From: Balanoglossus misakiensis
Lineage: Eukaryota > Animalia > Hemichordata
Length of the DNA: 64,000 nucleotides
NCBI GenBank assembly: GCA_040954595.2
Contig: CM082595.2
Span: forward strand, 1 to 64,000
Direction: 5' to 3'
Of this stretch, positions 34,984-49,058 are shown one piece after another; position 1 is the stretch's first letter; the number at the start of each line of letters is the position of its first letter. The notes beneath the pieces are model-generated. The model was given only the letters and a program-made list of their open reading frames with translations, ran no database searches and was not told the DNA's origin. Made by a program: the position numbers and the translations under genes.

Positions 34984-37949
34984 ATGAAGAGTATATTGTT
35001 GCTCGCCGCCCTAGCTGTCTGCAGCGTGTCTGCTATGGTACCATTAAAGGTGTCCCCGCGATACGGAATCGCGAACAGATACATTGTGTCGATTGAGGTA
35101 TGACCATACTTTTAACGCTAGGGTGCTTTCACTTCTGTCGCCATCTTGTGAAAGGGTTGAGAGCGCCATACTAGTATTCAATACGGTGTGGAAATCACCA
35201 GCGATCACCATCGATCTTCAGCGGGAATAATACTAGCAATTTTTATCAGTACGTCACAAAGTGATATGTTACTATGAAGAAATCCAGTACAAACACCTCT
35301 CTGTTTTTCAATACAGTGAAACTGGCTGTAGACGAAATACTGGGCCTGTTATTATTGTTATACAAAATCGCTTATCTGACTGCCATCGTAGCTAGTAATG
35401 ACATTTCTTGCATTTCAGTGTGCATTAAATTTCAAATACTAACCATGTTTTCCCCTTTTTAGTATTTATGTGTAGTCTGCTACTATGAATTATACTCAAA
35501 CACTCATCCATGTTAAACTGGTTGTATAAAATGTGAACATATGAACACTGATAATAAGTCTGACGACATAAGGTGAAAACATGTAAATTGTATTAATTAT
35601 ATACTGTCTACCTGTTGGCAATGTTATGGGAGCAAATTCTAAACGCACAGTAACCAACACTTGCAGAAGGATGGCAACAGGCGTGCCGTCATGGATGCTG
35701 TCAAAGCTTACAGCGTTGATGCACAATTTGGCCACGAGTTTAAAGGGCTTAACGCCTTCGTCGTGATTATTAACTACGACGGAATTCAATACGTGAGTAA
35801 AACCCATCTTTGCGCAATTTTAAAAGAAACTATAACTTTGACTTGGTTTATCATATGACTCTATTATTAAAGTGGAAAGATTTTTTGTAGAAAACAATGA
35901 TCTATAATTCCCTATATTTACAGATTCGTACGCTTCCTGGTGTTTCCCATATTGAACAAGACACAATCGGACACATTGATCAAAACATCGCCAGCTGGGG
36001 ATTGGACCGTACAGATCAAAGGGATCTTCCATTGAATGACTTGTTTTACCCCGAATGTGAGTGTTTTCCTACAGTCCGTGTCCCACTTGTTTCCTGCACT
36101 ATATCATCGTTATAGTTTGTTTAATTGTAATTTTAGGACAAAAGAACTTCCGACACAACTTTGCAGAATAATCTATTCAGATATATTATCTGAAACTTTG
36201 GCCTTCTTTGAGATATAGGTCTACATGTTCTACTTAGAAAGTACATAAACGTGCCAAAATACCAAACTTAAAATTCGATGTAAACAGAAATGAAGCTTTT
36301 TGTCGATAATGTCATTTCAAAGTTCATGTTTCATTACTGACGTTTTCTTTGGCGTCAACCGTTTTGCTTTCCAAACAGCGGACGGTGCTGGTGCCAATGT
36401 GTACGTTGTTGATACTGGCATTTACTACGCTCACAATGATTATCAGGGACGAGCTGAGGAATTCGACGATAGGGTCGGTGGTAATAATCCTGTAAGTACG
36501 GTGAATTCAAATAACCGATTTTTGTCTGTTGGAATTTTACTATTTATCCTTGAAGAATTGGATTTCCGACACAGCATCGTGTATAACATGCATATGGGAC
36601 AATTAAATTTAAGTCCGGACTTAAAATGATAATACTCGCCAGGCATAAACCAAGTCTGTCGTGACACTTCTATAATATACGTATTTCATTTCCACAACAA
36701 TCTCTATTTTTCTGGAAACATCCAGATCTTTCGAAGATGCCCCTTTGATAGTCAACACGCTCCTTTTTATTTTGTAGGGTGGTGACTGTAACGGACACGG
36801 CTCTCACTGTGCGGGAACTGTTGGTGGCAACATGTACGGCGTTGCCAAGGCGGTTAAGCTGTGGGGAGTACGTACATTAAACTGTGCAGGAGGTGGGATT
36901 GCCTCTGAGACTGCGGCCGGTAAGCCAATCACAAATTGGATTCTCAGTGGTCTACGAACAGTCAGATATCCTATCATTGTCTTTTGCAAACACAATTCAC
37001 TCATCTCAGAAGTAATCCGATCGTTGTTCCGCCTGTATCTGTCTGACCTTTCGTCCGAATGTCAGTACAACTATCATATCGTTTTCATTTTTCAGCCATG
37101 GAGAACATCGGTGACAATGGAACTTTACCAGGTGTGCTGTCAATGTCACTCAGTTTCACCGACTCCACCATAATCGATGAAGCGGCCGATTATGTGATTG
37201 ATCGTGGATATGTTGTCGTGACATCATCAAGTAACGACAACGCCGATGCCTGTGCCAAATCACCACAAAGAAACCGAAGGGTAAGCATAAATGCAAGATT
37301 GTAGTAAGAATTATATTTCTCAAAGAGATATTATTTTTCTTTAATTCATACATGTACTGTTGTTACACTTATAACAGTCTGGCTGATGCGGTTTTCGATA
37401 TTTTCTTAACTAAAAACCTGCCATCTGTTTATCATTCACATAGACAATTTCCGTCGGTTCAACCGATAACACAGACACCCGCTCTTCATTCTCCAATTAC
37501 GGCACCTGTCAGGACATCTGGGCTCCAGGGGAGGACATCATCAGCTGTGGCAACTCAGATCCTGATTCGTGGACTGTCAAGAGCGGAACTTCTATGTCCT
37601 GCCCACATGTCGCTGGTGAGTTAAAAAGGTCACTCGAATACTGTCAACAAACATCCATACTTTCTGACAGCTGCTAACCTCCATCGGAAACGTCCTCAGG
37701 CGATTGCTGTGCCGGAGCCACAGTTAACCATGTAAGAAACGCATTGATATTCGATACATTCCAAGAAGTGATGATTTGAAGTTTCTTTTTATTTCAGGTG
37801 TTGCGGCGATAAAAGTTGGTTTGAAGCCATCGCTAACCCCGGATGAAGTGAAGACGGCCATTTTGAATGATGCCACTGTGGACAGAGTTCTTGACGGCAA
37901 AGAGGCTGAAGGAACACCGAACTTATTGCTTTTCAGCCGTCTGCCCTAG
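34984..37949 (+). CDS. Secreted subtilisin, proteinase K subfamily (S8A), copy 2 (~378 aa, 8 coding exons)
   Basis: Exons 34984-35097, 35667-35792, 35924-36056, 36379-36491, 36778-36919, 37096-37280, 37444-37615, 37798-37949; motifs [35 protein letters not shown]. Confidence 0.93.
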
Positions 37950-39651
37950 GACCATAACCAGGTATACACGTGTATATTACTGCGCACCAGCACTACTTTT
38001 ATTCGACGCCACATTATTAATCTAAGCCAGCGAGGGAACCCCAAGAAACCATGCATTTCATGAAGCCGAGAATCTGAAAAGCCCCAAACCTATTAAGTTC
38101 GTGTATTTAAAATTGCTCGCTAACTATCTTATATGTATGTCAGTATATAGGGCCCTGACATTGATTTTCCCAATGATAGTAAGTACGTTTGATAAAGTCG
38201 CACTCAATGGAAGTATTCCAATGTGTCAGCTATATCATAGTATAACTCTCTCCCATCTACATCAAATCAAAATAATAAACAGAGCATGTAATCCTTAAAC
38301 ATATAGTTCTAACAGTTAATTTTCTGTTTGTCTTCTAGATGACACTCTGATGGCACTGTTGATCCATTCCTTCAAGCCTGGTTAAATAAGCAACGTGTTA
38401 AACATAAACGTACTGCGGTTGGATCGGATAATTTTACCTTAAATAAACTATTCGAAATGTGTCTGGTCTCATGTGTCTCAATCTATTTACCCCTGTCTTT
38501 CCAATTTGTTATAGAATTATAAAACGTGTGAGTAATGAGTCTAAACTTGGTTCAGTTGATTCATGACAGTTATAGACAGTACTGTCTATGGTTGATTGGT
38601 TCAGTGGTGCTCTGAGTGTACTAAATGCCTTACATACGTTCAAAAAGTTTTATCATAAATTAAGAAAATAAAATGTGGGAGTTATAGTTAACCAGGTTGT
38701 CAGTTATCTTTCACTGTGTGAGTTAAGATTTCGTTTAGTATAAGCTCAATGGAAGCAAATTATTGGTATGAAAACACGTGTACAACGTCATCCGACCCAA
38801 TTTAAAGTTGGTGATAACCCGAACGGTGACGAAGTCATCCCGATTTAGGATTTATCGAGGACTGTGTCAACTCAACGATAAAATCAACAAGGCACACCCA
38901 AAAATTGATATAAAAAACCTACACGCCATGCTTCTGTGAGATTATATTTAGCATAGAATACATCGACGAATTATCTATCACAGGTGTTGCTGCTATTCTA
39001 TCGCATTTATCACATCTCGTGTTAGGTCGTGGCCGGCAGCAGGTGATATCACTTGACCTAGCAAATGCAACTCTTTATTTTAGAGACACAGTGGATCGTT
39101 AATACTAAATTGATATGTTCACAATAAGAATAATTCATGTAAGGGTATTCACAGATTAAAAACTAAAATATAACAACAAATAAAAACATCACATCTATTC
39201 TATTGGGAACTGTTTGGTCTATCTCAGAAGATATCACACTGTACTTGATAGATATATAGAGTGCAAGTGTCCATGATGCCAACAAGTATTCAATTCCATA
39301 TACCCAAAAAGAGGTGTCATGTTGTCGAGCCTAATTCGACCGACGGCATGGCGAATAACATATTTAAAAAAATGTATATATGAATGTGCAATTTTTTAGG
39401 CAGTAAATATATGAAAAAAAACCAAAGCTACTCTCGTCAGATCACTTAGACGTTAATGCATTTGCATTTTCTGCCTACAAGCATACACTATTCTCATCTC
39501 AGTCACTGACATCAATTGGAATTAATATCAGCAAGATAGTTGTATCGTGACTCACATCCTGTAATCACATATCAACATTTTTATCGTTAGTTACATATCT
39601 CACAAATTTGGCTAAATCGAAGATGAAGCAGTCGGTACGGTGACCCGCACT

Positions 39652-39712
39652 GCTATATATAATTCTGTTGAAATTTATCATAATCATTTGTCCCTCTATT
39701 CGGTTAAGGTAA
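39652..39712 (+). promoter_or_regulatory. Possible TATA box and short 5' UTR exon of protease 3
   Basis: GCTATATATAA followed ~50 bp later by AAG/GTAAG donor; an AG acceptor lies just before the ATG at 39972. Confidence 0.4.
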
Positions 39713-39971
39713 GGACACACATTTTAGACTTTGTTATGTGAAATCCTTAAAATAATTTAGAGCTTCTAAGAATGAACGACACAGATTTGATTGGGACACC
39801 ATGTACAGAAGACTTTGTGAACGAAGAAAAATTTCAAATAGTTTAAGAAATATAGACTGAAAGAAGCTTACTGAATTGTGCTTATTATCTATTTGAAAGT
39901 TCATACGTTCATTTATATATGTTCAAAGTTTAATTCTGTCTTTGTTCTCCCCTTCTTCCTATACAAGAAAG

Positions 39972-42900
39972 ATGAGGGTGCTACTAATCTTGGCCTTTGC
40001 TGTGTACAGCACTTCTGCCTTAGCTCCAATTCACTTTGCAGAAAAGTCTGTGGCCATCCCCAACAAATATATCGTATCGGCCAAGGTAAGTGGAAAGCAG
40101 CAGACGGGGTCGTTCTCCTGTCGAGAAATACTAATATCCTCATTTATCATGCAATTCTCGATTAATTTCGGTTGTTTTATGGCTTTGTAAACAGTCATTT
40201 CAACTTCACACAAGATATATGATTAATTTTAGCGGTGCTACATTTTTGTTGGATGTACCCAATCTTTCCTGATAAATATATTTCTTTGTTGCCTACCTTG
40301 ATGTAAAATATACCCTTATTTGAATACATGCCTCACGATTATTGACTTATTGGCATTTGACACCACTAATGTGATTAGTTTTGATGCCACGATGCTTGCA
40401 TTGCCGCTACCCTTTGCTTTATTCTGATTATGTGACAATTTCTCCAGAAATATGCTAATGTTGAAGACGTGATTCAGAAGATCAAAGATTTTTCCGTCGA
40501 TGCAGAATTTGGTTGGGTGATGAAAGGCTTGAATGCTGTTGTAGTTACCGTCAACCGTGTCACTCTGGAATTTGTAAGTGACGTTCTTTCTTCACCAATA
40601 TCCTAAAGATCATTTATCTATTATTTCTGAACCTTTCATGAATTTCTTCTCCATATCAAGATCAGCTGATTTTTTGTCTACTCGCTCAAGCTTTTCGAAT
40701 CTATATAGCAAATCAATTTAGCGCACACGTGCACAGTCGGGTTATCTCAAGTAGTGGCTGTAAACGGAGAACAACCATTGTATATGAAGAGTGACGCTTT
40801 TCTTTCGTCTTGTGCGAGACAGATTCGTTCTCTGGATGGAGTTTCACACATCGAGCAAGACTCCATTGGCTCTATCGACCAGGCCATAGCTAGTTGGGGA
40901 CTTGACCGCACTGACCAGAGGGACCTTCCGTTGGACGATGCTTTTGTCCCAGAAGGTCTGTTACGTTCACTTCCTTCAACCAGATCTGTAAATCAGTTTA
41001 ATCTCCTCATGAGTGAGTCCAGTGACTCACAAAACAACGTTGTAGAGATTACCCCGCCTATCGTTTCTCCAGCTATCCTTAGTATGTATGTATGTATGTA
41101 TGTATGTATGTATGTATGTATGTATGTATGTATGTATGTATGTATGTATGTATGTATGTATGTATGTATGTATGCATGCATGCATGCATGTATGCATGTA
41201 TGCATGCACGCACGTACGTTTGTGTGTCACTCTCTTGCTGTCTCATACGCTGTAATTTTCACAACAATCTTATTACGTTCATAAGGAACTGGTATTGGTA
41301 CCAACATATACGTTGTCGATACCGGTATCTTTTATGATCACAACGATTTCGGAGGACGGGCTCAGCTTTTCATCGATGTGGTCGGAGGTGTCAATCCAGT
41401 GAGTGTTTCCTGATACGACGATTATAATAAAGTCAAGACTACCTCATTATCTCAAAGTCATTCTTTCTAAAACGGACAGCAACACCACCAGACACTCATA
41501 ACTCCTTTCTGAAATACTGGGCGGCGAACAACACTGAAGGACATGTATCTAAAATGCACAAAAATCCACTGAAGTGTGGAATGTTTTCCCTGTTTGATGT
41601 ATAACTTTTCTTGTTTCCAGAACGGCGATTGTCACGGACATGGCAGTCACTGTGCAGGAACCGTGGGCGGTGCATCCTACGGTATTGCCAAAGATACTAG
41701 TCTGTGGTCAGTGCGTGTTTTTGACTGTGGTGGAAGCGGTACTGCCTCTGATACCGCCTACGGTAAGACAACGTCATAAATATCTGTGGGCAGACAAATA
41801 TTTGATATTTCCTATGCTTACACACTGTTACGACCCGCAGGCCGTCCGAGCCAAAAATATGCGCATAATAGAGAGAACAATTTACCTGACCGGGTGGCTT
41901 GTTTACACCCGAACCGACCAACAGGCCGCAGCAAAAGAAATGGTCAAAGACAGCACACGTACAACAAACCAGTCTATTTACAGTGTTAATTTAATTGCAG
42001 ATACCAGTAATATTCACAATAGGTTAACTAATATTTACAATAAACTACCAACTAAACTCGAGCGTGACCAGGTGACCAAACAAAAATCCCTAACAAGTTC
42101 AAAGTCTCACAAACAGTTCGGTGACTCGACGCACGACGATACTGGCCTTTCACTCGACGCACAACAATTCTGGCCTCTCTGTCCGTTTTACGCCAGTGTA
42201 CAATTAAAGACAGCCACGTACCTCAAATGCAGTTCCGCCGTGTAGTCCACAGACAGCCACGTATTACCTCAAATGCAGTTCCACAGTGACACGGAGACGC
42301 GCTCCCTCAGGACGGCTCCCAAATTCCACGCGGCATCCTCGAAAACATCCACCACGGCTTCACCAAGTCCCTTCGGCAGTGTCAATCCTCAGCTACCACA
42401 GTAGACAGGCACTCCATACGGTGGGCTCCAAAAACTCCTCGACAAGGCGAAAGGACAGCTACCAGACCAGAATCAAAATAAGCCACACGACAACGTGGCA
42501 CTGGGTGGCTTTCATACGACCAAAACTAACACCTGGTCAAGCTAATATGTTAAATAAAGAAATTAACATAGGTGCACCTGGCCACGAAACAAAACAAATA
42601 AGAAACTTCATCACAACACCATTACATATAGTGTATATCTACCAGTCTACCCTGAAAGCAGCAATATCGCTGAGCTGCCATCGGGGCAGACAGACCTATG
42701 TTTTCAGTGCAGTCGTAGAGTATATTTACCAAACTGCCATAAGAGAGGCAATATCCTTTAATTAATTATAACGATTCGAATTCATGACAATCTCCTATGA
42801 GTTAATTACAGCCATCGAATACATCGGTGACAATGGATACAAACCCGGCGCCCTGTCGATGTCTGCCAGCTTTGTCAATTCCCAAATTATTGATGATGCC

Positions 42901-44342
42901 GCTGATTACGTCATAGATAGGGGATATGCATTTGCCACATCATCCGGTAACGACGACAGGGATGCATGCTTCAAGTCGCCACAGAGGAACCGTAGGGTAT
43001 AGTATTTATTTATTTCCTTGGCTGTGTCAAGATGTATGTCTGATTACAAAACATTGCTTCGGGAATGGAATGCTGTAGTAAGTAGAAACAAATCATTTGA
43101 TTTCATTGTGAAAGTTTGAGTCAATGGGTTAGTTTTAGCAAATGTAGGTGAATGTGTGAGTAAGTGGGAGAGTGTGCCAGCAACAAACAAACGATACATT
43201 AAAGCCCCGTGAGCTACAAATTTTGGGACATTATCATGAAATATATTTTCAAACTGTTCTAATATTAACCCATACAGATGTATGCACTGAAGTATATACA
43301 ATTAAAAGCAGACCCGATTATCATTTAAAGCTTAATATTTTAAAAAGTTGCAGCTCATTGGGCTTTAAGTAAATGAGTGATTTGGTTTACTGGTTTTAAT
43401 TAGTCGGTTGATAATGGTGGCAGGATGTCGGTCATTGTGCGTTGATTAATTTTGTTGATGGGTTATGCGTTTTGTTTTCTGTCTTGTACGCCACTTTGAT
43501 TAGATCAATAAACTGATACACCTCGCATTTATGTAAATGAAATACCACTTTGTAGACTATTTCAGTTGGTGCTACCGATAATACGGACACGCGAGCGTAT
43601 TTTTCCAACTTTGGAACTTGCCAAGATATTTGGGCTCCCGGTGTTGACATCATCAGCTGTGATAACAACGACCCCAATGGCTCTGCTGTCAAGAGTGGTA
43701 CATCCATGGCCTGTCCTCACGTTGGAGGTAAGTTAAGTTAAAGTTAAATCTATGTTAGTTGACGTGGACATTTCTAACATACAAACAATGCACTTTTAGT
43801 CTGTGCACAGAAATGTTTATTGAGTAACAAAAAGGAAACTAAAGATCAATTGTGCATAGCATATGCCCCTTTCAGATGTATGAGAAAGTACCCCATACAT
43901 TGACGACTTCGATTCCGCTGTATCGCTTTTAATGCTAGAGATGTAATGTTGTTACCAACATTGGCGCATGATGCATTGAACGAATGTAGTAGAATGCAAA
44001 TAGAGATGTAAACAATGAAGTCTTAAGATGCTTTGTTACTTGTTTGCTCTTACCCTGGAGGGAAACATTATTGGAAATTATACTTATAGATAAGCACCCA
44101 TACTCTTAGCTTTTATTACTGACATCTCCTCTCCCTCTGTGATGGTAGTGTATGGACACAGTTTGAACAGAACGCTGTGCTATCTTGTTTCAGGTGTCGC
44201 AGCCGTCAAACTTGGTATAAAGCCGGACATGACAGCGGACGAAGTCAAGAATGCAATTCTGGCAGACGCCACTCCAGACAAGGTTCAAGACGGCAAAGAA
44301 TTAGAAGGCACGCCAAACCTGCTGTTATATAACAGCGTTTAG
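39972..44342 (+). CDS. Secreted subtilisin, proteinase K subfamily (S8A), copy 3 (~377 aa, 8 coding exons)
   Basis: Exons 39972-40085, 40448-40573, 40823-40955, 41286-41398, 41621-41762, 42812-42996, 43556-43727, 44194-44342; motifs [26 protein letters not shown]; AATAAA at ~44393; exon sizes nearly identical to copy 2. Confidence 0.93.
41082..41215. repeat. (TATG)n/(CATG)n microsatellite in intron 3 of protease 3
   Basis: Direct reading. Confidence 0.95.
41826..42615. mobile_element. Solo LTR (790 bp) in intron 5 of protease 3
   Basis: TGTTACG...CATCACA termini flanked by a 4-bp duplication ACAC (41822-41825, 42616-42619); internal ~28-bp direct repeat GACAGCCACGTA(TTA)CCTCAAATGCAGTTCC. 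Confidence 0.7.
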
Positions 44343-46079
44343 ATGCTAAAGTATGTTTAATTTTTATCCCAAAGCCTGTGTCTTTATGTTGAAATAAACG
44401 GGGCTGATGACGAATATACAACTCAGATTGTAACGAATCAATACTGCAATTTTGCACTTGCAAGCTATTTTATCTATTCCGTAAGCGACACTGGCGATCG
44501 AGTACACAAAACCCTTCACAAAATCAAGATGGCGTCACCATTCATCTTTTCCATTTTGATGACATTGCAACTCTTTGAGAAACTGCGCATGTGACGTTCT
44601 CATTTTCAGCTGAGTGGAAACGTTTTTCCTGTTATCTTCCGAAGTGATGGCGTCTGCATGTCAAAATACTTTAACTGATAATAACATAGTGTGGATATTT
44701 TCGTTTACAGACATGCAGCTACCCATGGACTCAAGAAAATCGTGCCCACTGTCGAATTTCAAAGTAGTTCTGAACTCATATAAACATGATAGTGTTGCAC
44801 AGTGCTTTAATTTATTTTTGAAATTGTAGCGAATTTGAACGATCATTAAAGATTGGAATAAAGAATACACTTCGTGCGTAGATGTGTTATCTATTAACTT
44901 AAATACACGTTGTTAGAATTTATCTCGTGGCGATAATTTGTGATGACATATTTGAATGTCCCCTATTGAGGTCACATCTGTCTTTGGGACGAAATTTCAG
45001 GCTCTGGGTGTCAGCTCTTTCATGGGAAAATAACAGATTGCTGTAGAGCGAGCAAGTTATTATCACGATCCATATAGATACATCATTGATACTCTAGCTC
45101 TTCGGTATTAATTTTTGACCCAATTTTCGAAATACCGGCGAGTACTATAGTTTAAATGTGAGAGCTTATTATGTTCTCTTTTCAAGCCAATCTGCATTTA
45201 CATCACAGTATCAAAATCCAGAGATTAAAAATTATCCCTTTAAAACGGAGATGTAACATTAACTATGTCTAATTTCGACCTTTCACGTCACGTGACTCGT
45301 GATTGGCACGGGGTAAGCAAATACATTTACATCCGTTTGCTACGAATAGACGACGGTGGCGCTCTTTAATTCGGGGCCATAGGTCTTAACTTGCAAAGCA
45401 TCTACTTGAGTGTGATTGTTATGCTTCAAAGCCTTGATATGTGCGGCATTTTACAGAAATAGGGGTAAATTTACCTATGCATGTTCCCTCTATGAAGACA
45501 GTTATTAGAAAATTGTTTAAATTACACGCTCATATGAATGTTGAGTCCGTGTGAATATTTTTGAATGGCACAGAAGTAAGTTACGGCAACATTATGTGTC
45601 CCTCAACTGTGTCCCTCAAACGGCAGGTCTCTCTGAAATGTCGATAATCATGAATTTGTAACAACCTCAGAGTAATTTAGTTGTGGATTATCTCAAGGTT
45701 ATCTGGTGTGAAAGCGATGAATAACAGATGGATATCTAGTTCTTTTTCTTCGAACTTCAGGACAGCTGCAATCATTTTGAACGATCTTTTAAACGGCAGC
45801 AGCAGCTGCAGTATGTCGTTTACAATAACGACACGCAATATTAGCGTTGTAAGACATTATCTACAGACTATACCTGGAATATCGATCTGTGTGGTTGTTC
45901 ACGTACTAAACATGCGACTGCGAGTCTCCGCCGCTCCATATGGCGTTCCGGTAAACAGAAATACATATGTTCGCCATGTTTTTGAGTTGCTATATGCATT
46001 GTTCTTCTTTTCCATTTAGTCAGCGACATTATTCTACTGGGTAACTCCTGTTTTCAGAACGCCATCTGCGGCTATTTAG

Positions 46080-46182
46080 AGAATGATATACGCCCTGAAG
46101 ACCCATAATGGGCGAAAGCACACGTTGTGCGACATAATGTGTGCTTGAGTCCATTATGGGTCTTTGGGGCGTACATTATTCT
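46080..46182. other. ~100-nt imperfect hairpin
   Basis: GAATGATATACGCCCTGAAGACCCATAATGGGCGAAGCACAC pairs with GTGTGCTTGAGTCCATTATGGGTCTTTGGGGCGTACATTATTC. Confidence 0.8.
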
Positions 46183-46190
46183 TATTATTT

Positions 46191-46946
46191 TATAGTTTTG
46201 TCAATGCCAGTGAATTTGCAGACTTCAAAAATCGTTCAAATACCATATAGGTGCGAAAAATTCATTTTCTGAAACGGAGATCGAGGGCGGAGCAATGGCT
46301 TACGCGTAATCAAGAGGTCAGCTGATCGCGCTGTATCAGTGTTCTGTGCATTTCTAGTATCATATTCAAACATCAGGAAATAAATAATGAAGGTTTAATG
46401 TGAAAATTCATTTAAGGGTTTTGCTGAAATATATCTGAAAGTTTCGATTTATGTGAAATATTGGAGAAGTCTCGGGGAATAGTTGCATTCGTTTGTGTTC
46501 TCAGGAAAGGTCACGTATACGCGCGCTCGGAAGGTTGCAATACATAAACAAACTCGCCCTCCTCCGTAACACGTAAGCAACATGACAGTGACACTTGTGG
46601 CAAAACTTTTTTACGAATAGCTTCGTTGACATGCTGGCTTGGTACATGGTACACGGTATGTATGGTCAACGAATGTCAAATCCAGCATCATCGAGAGGTT
46701 TGCTTTACGTGCGTGAGCGAGCCATGTTGAAAACTGCGCGTGATTCAAGAGCAGACGACATGTACCGCCGCGGTAGGAAGAAAAAAATATGTTCGTATTG
46801 TTTGAAAATCTCCGTTATTCAGCCAGGAATTGTACACGGCCACTGGTTTTTGGGTGCGTCGCGCGTCCATGCATTATCACTTTACATTATCAGTAATAAT
46901 GTTCAGCAATGACGTCACAAAATTCACTGGTATTGATTAAGCTATA
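46191..46946. mobile_element. Putative non-autonomous DNA element with ~28-bp imperfect inverted ends
   Basis: TATAGTTTTGTCAATGCCAGTGAATTTG versus CAAAATTCACTGGTATTGATTAAGCTATA. Confidence 0.55.
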
Positions 46947-47215
46947 ATATAATATTAAATAATCTAAGTAAATGGACAAGTGTCTTTTTACTGGTATCAA
47001 TTTGCTGATGGCTTGCAGCGTTGTTTTAATGACCAAGTATCAATAAACATCATAGTCACTGAACGAAATATATATTACACATACAACATACTAAACCACT
47101 TGTTGCTTTCTGTCAGAGTAGACATTTAAATAGATTTATCATAGTTAAAACCCAAAACAAGTTGATAGATCATGTGTTGTTCATTTCAACGGCTGCAATT
47201 TTAAGCTTTAACTTT

Positions 47216-47294
47216 TATGTATGTATGTATGTATGTATGTATGTATGTATGTATGTATGTATGTATGTATGTATGTATGTATGTATGTATGTAT
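47216..47294. repeat. (TATG)n microsatellite
   Basis: Direct reading. Confidence 0.95.
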
Positions 47295-49058
47295 TATAAT
47301 TTACGATTATTTCCTAAAAATGTTTGCTAACAACCACCCACACTTCTTGGAAATATGAAATATGTCGAATGTCGTGATGTAGTGTACTCTAAAAGTTCTC
47401 CCTGCCGTGTTTCTGATAATGCACCGATCAATAAAAGATGATTGCGGAGACTGCTTGTATTTAAAATTCAATTTTCAATTTTTATGCCCTTCATAAAATG
47501 TTAAACGCACATCAAATACAAACAGGTCACGCGATGTACTACATACATTCTAATCACCCTGCACTGCCTATTGTGGCAAATCCTGAATTATAATCCGAGG
47601 GAGATGTGATAGTTTGTTTCCCTTTGATTTCCATATAAACAGATCCGTACACAGACAAAGGGGTCTACTGTTTTTCTCTCTAAAAATGCCCTCGTCGACA
47701 GAAAGGGGCCTTTGAAAAGTGCAGTGTCGTCAAAAGCTACGGAAATGACGACAGTGTATTGACAGACGACATTTTCTCCGTGCGTCATACTCTCCTATGA
47801 GGAACCGAGGTCATGATGACATCACATTCATACGAGTACGATAAATCTCGACTCAAAACGATCCTTCACTCTTTTTGTTCCTGGCTAATTGGGATCTGAC
47901 AATCGCCAAGTTTTACGATTTTTTGTGCTCTTTTTATCGGTGATCCATGTTGTACAGCATTTAGATGGTATCGCTAAACGATTATCGGGCAGACCTACAC
48001 GCGATGGACTCCGTATGCTCTTCCAAGATTGCGACACTCTCCCTCTGTGGCAAGCCTTGTTAACACAGAGGTTTACACGCTTAGTATGTCATTCATAACC
48101 TGGGACCCACTTTTCCGGTAGATGGATGCGCTATAATAAAGTCGCTCACATTGATAAAATTTTGCACATTCGCCGATACACCTCTCGAGACGCCTTTCTT
48201 TGGTAAGTAAAGTCCGAAATTATTCTCAAGTGCATTGTTTTGTTTTGTCGTTATTTATATATCACAACTGGCACCTTTTTCCAGTATGGATTTAAGCGAA
48301 TTTATTATTAGTGCTTGTGAGCAATAATTTCTATTTATTTTAAAGATTCTTTAAAAGATATCCAATGATGTCCTTAAATTTTACTCAAAAAGGTATTTTA
48401 CGGAAAGGTCCATTAATTTTGTATTTTTGACATTCATCGGCCTTTGCGTATATCGCAAAGACTTTTACCTGAATATTTGAAGATTATTTACACAAATATG
48501 AAAGGTTGGTATTCGAAATAATGATTTTCCTCGTGATAACTTCGAAACGATAATAACTACGAAACGAAACAAAATGTGGCTAAGCACCAGCACTTCCACC
48601 GGTGAACAGTGTAGAACATCTTTGTTACTTTACAATAGATTTATGATAAGTTTCATTTCACAAAATTTGGTTTGACAAAAACAGAGATGCCGTGTTTTCG
48701 GAGAATTTGGTTTCACACATAAAAGGGACTCACAATTTAAACAGAATAAACCATTGCAATTTGTTATTGCAAGCGCTCGATTTGGCACTGATGATAATTG
48801 CGCCAATGCGCATGAAAAGCTGTAATGATTCTCAGTAGCTGACACGCTTCATATATCGATACTTGCATAATATGCATTGTCATGAATTTTTACGCCTTTC
48901 AGACAATTATTAAGATGCGCGAGAACATTTGACTAGTTTTTATCCGAACACTGTACCAGAAACTACAGATGATGTGTTCATCTTTTATTTTGAACCTACC
49001 ATTGTCATCTCATATTTCTTTCCTTCTCATTAGCCAACTCGCCTCACGAACCGACGAA

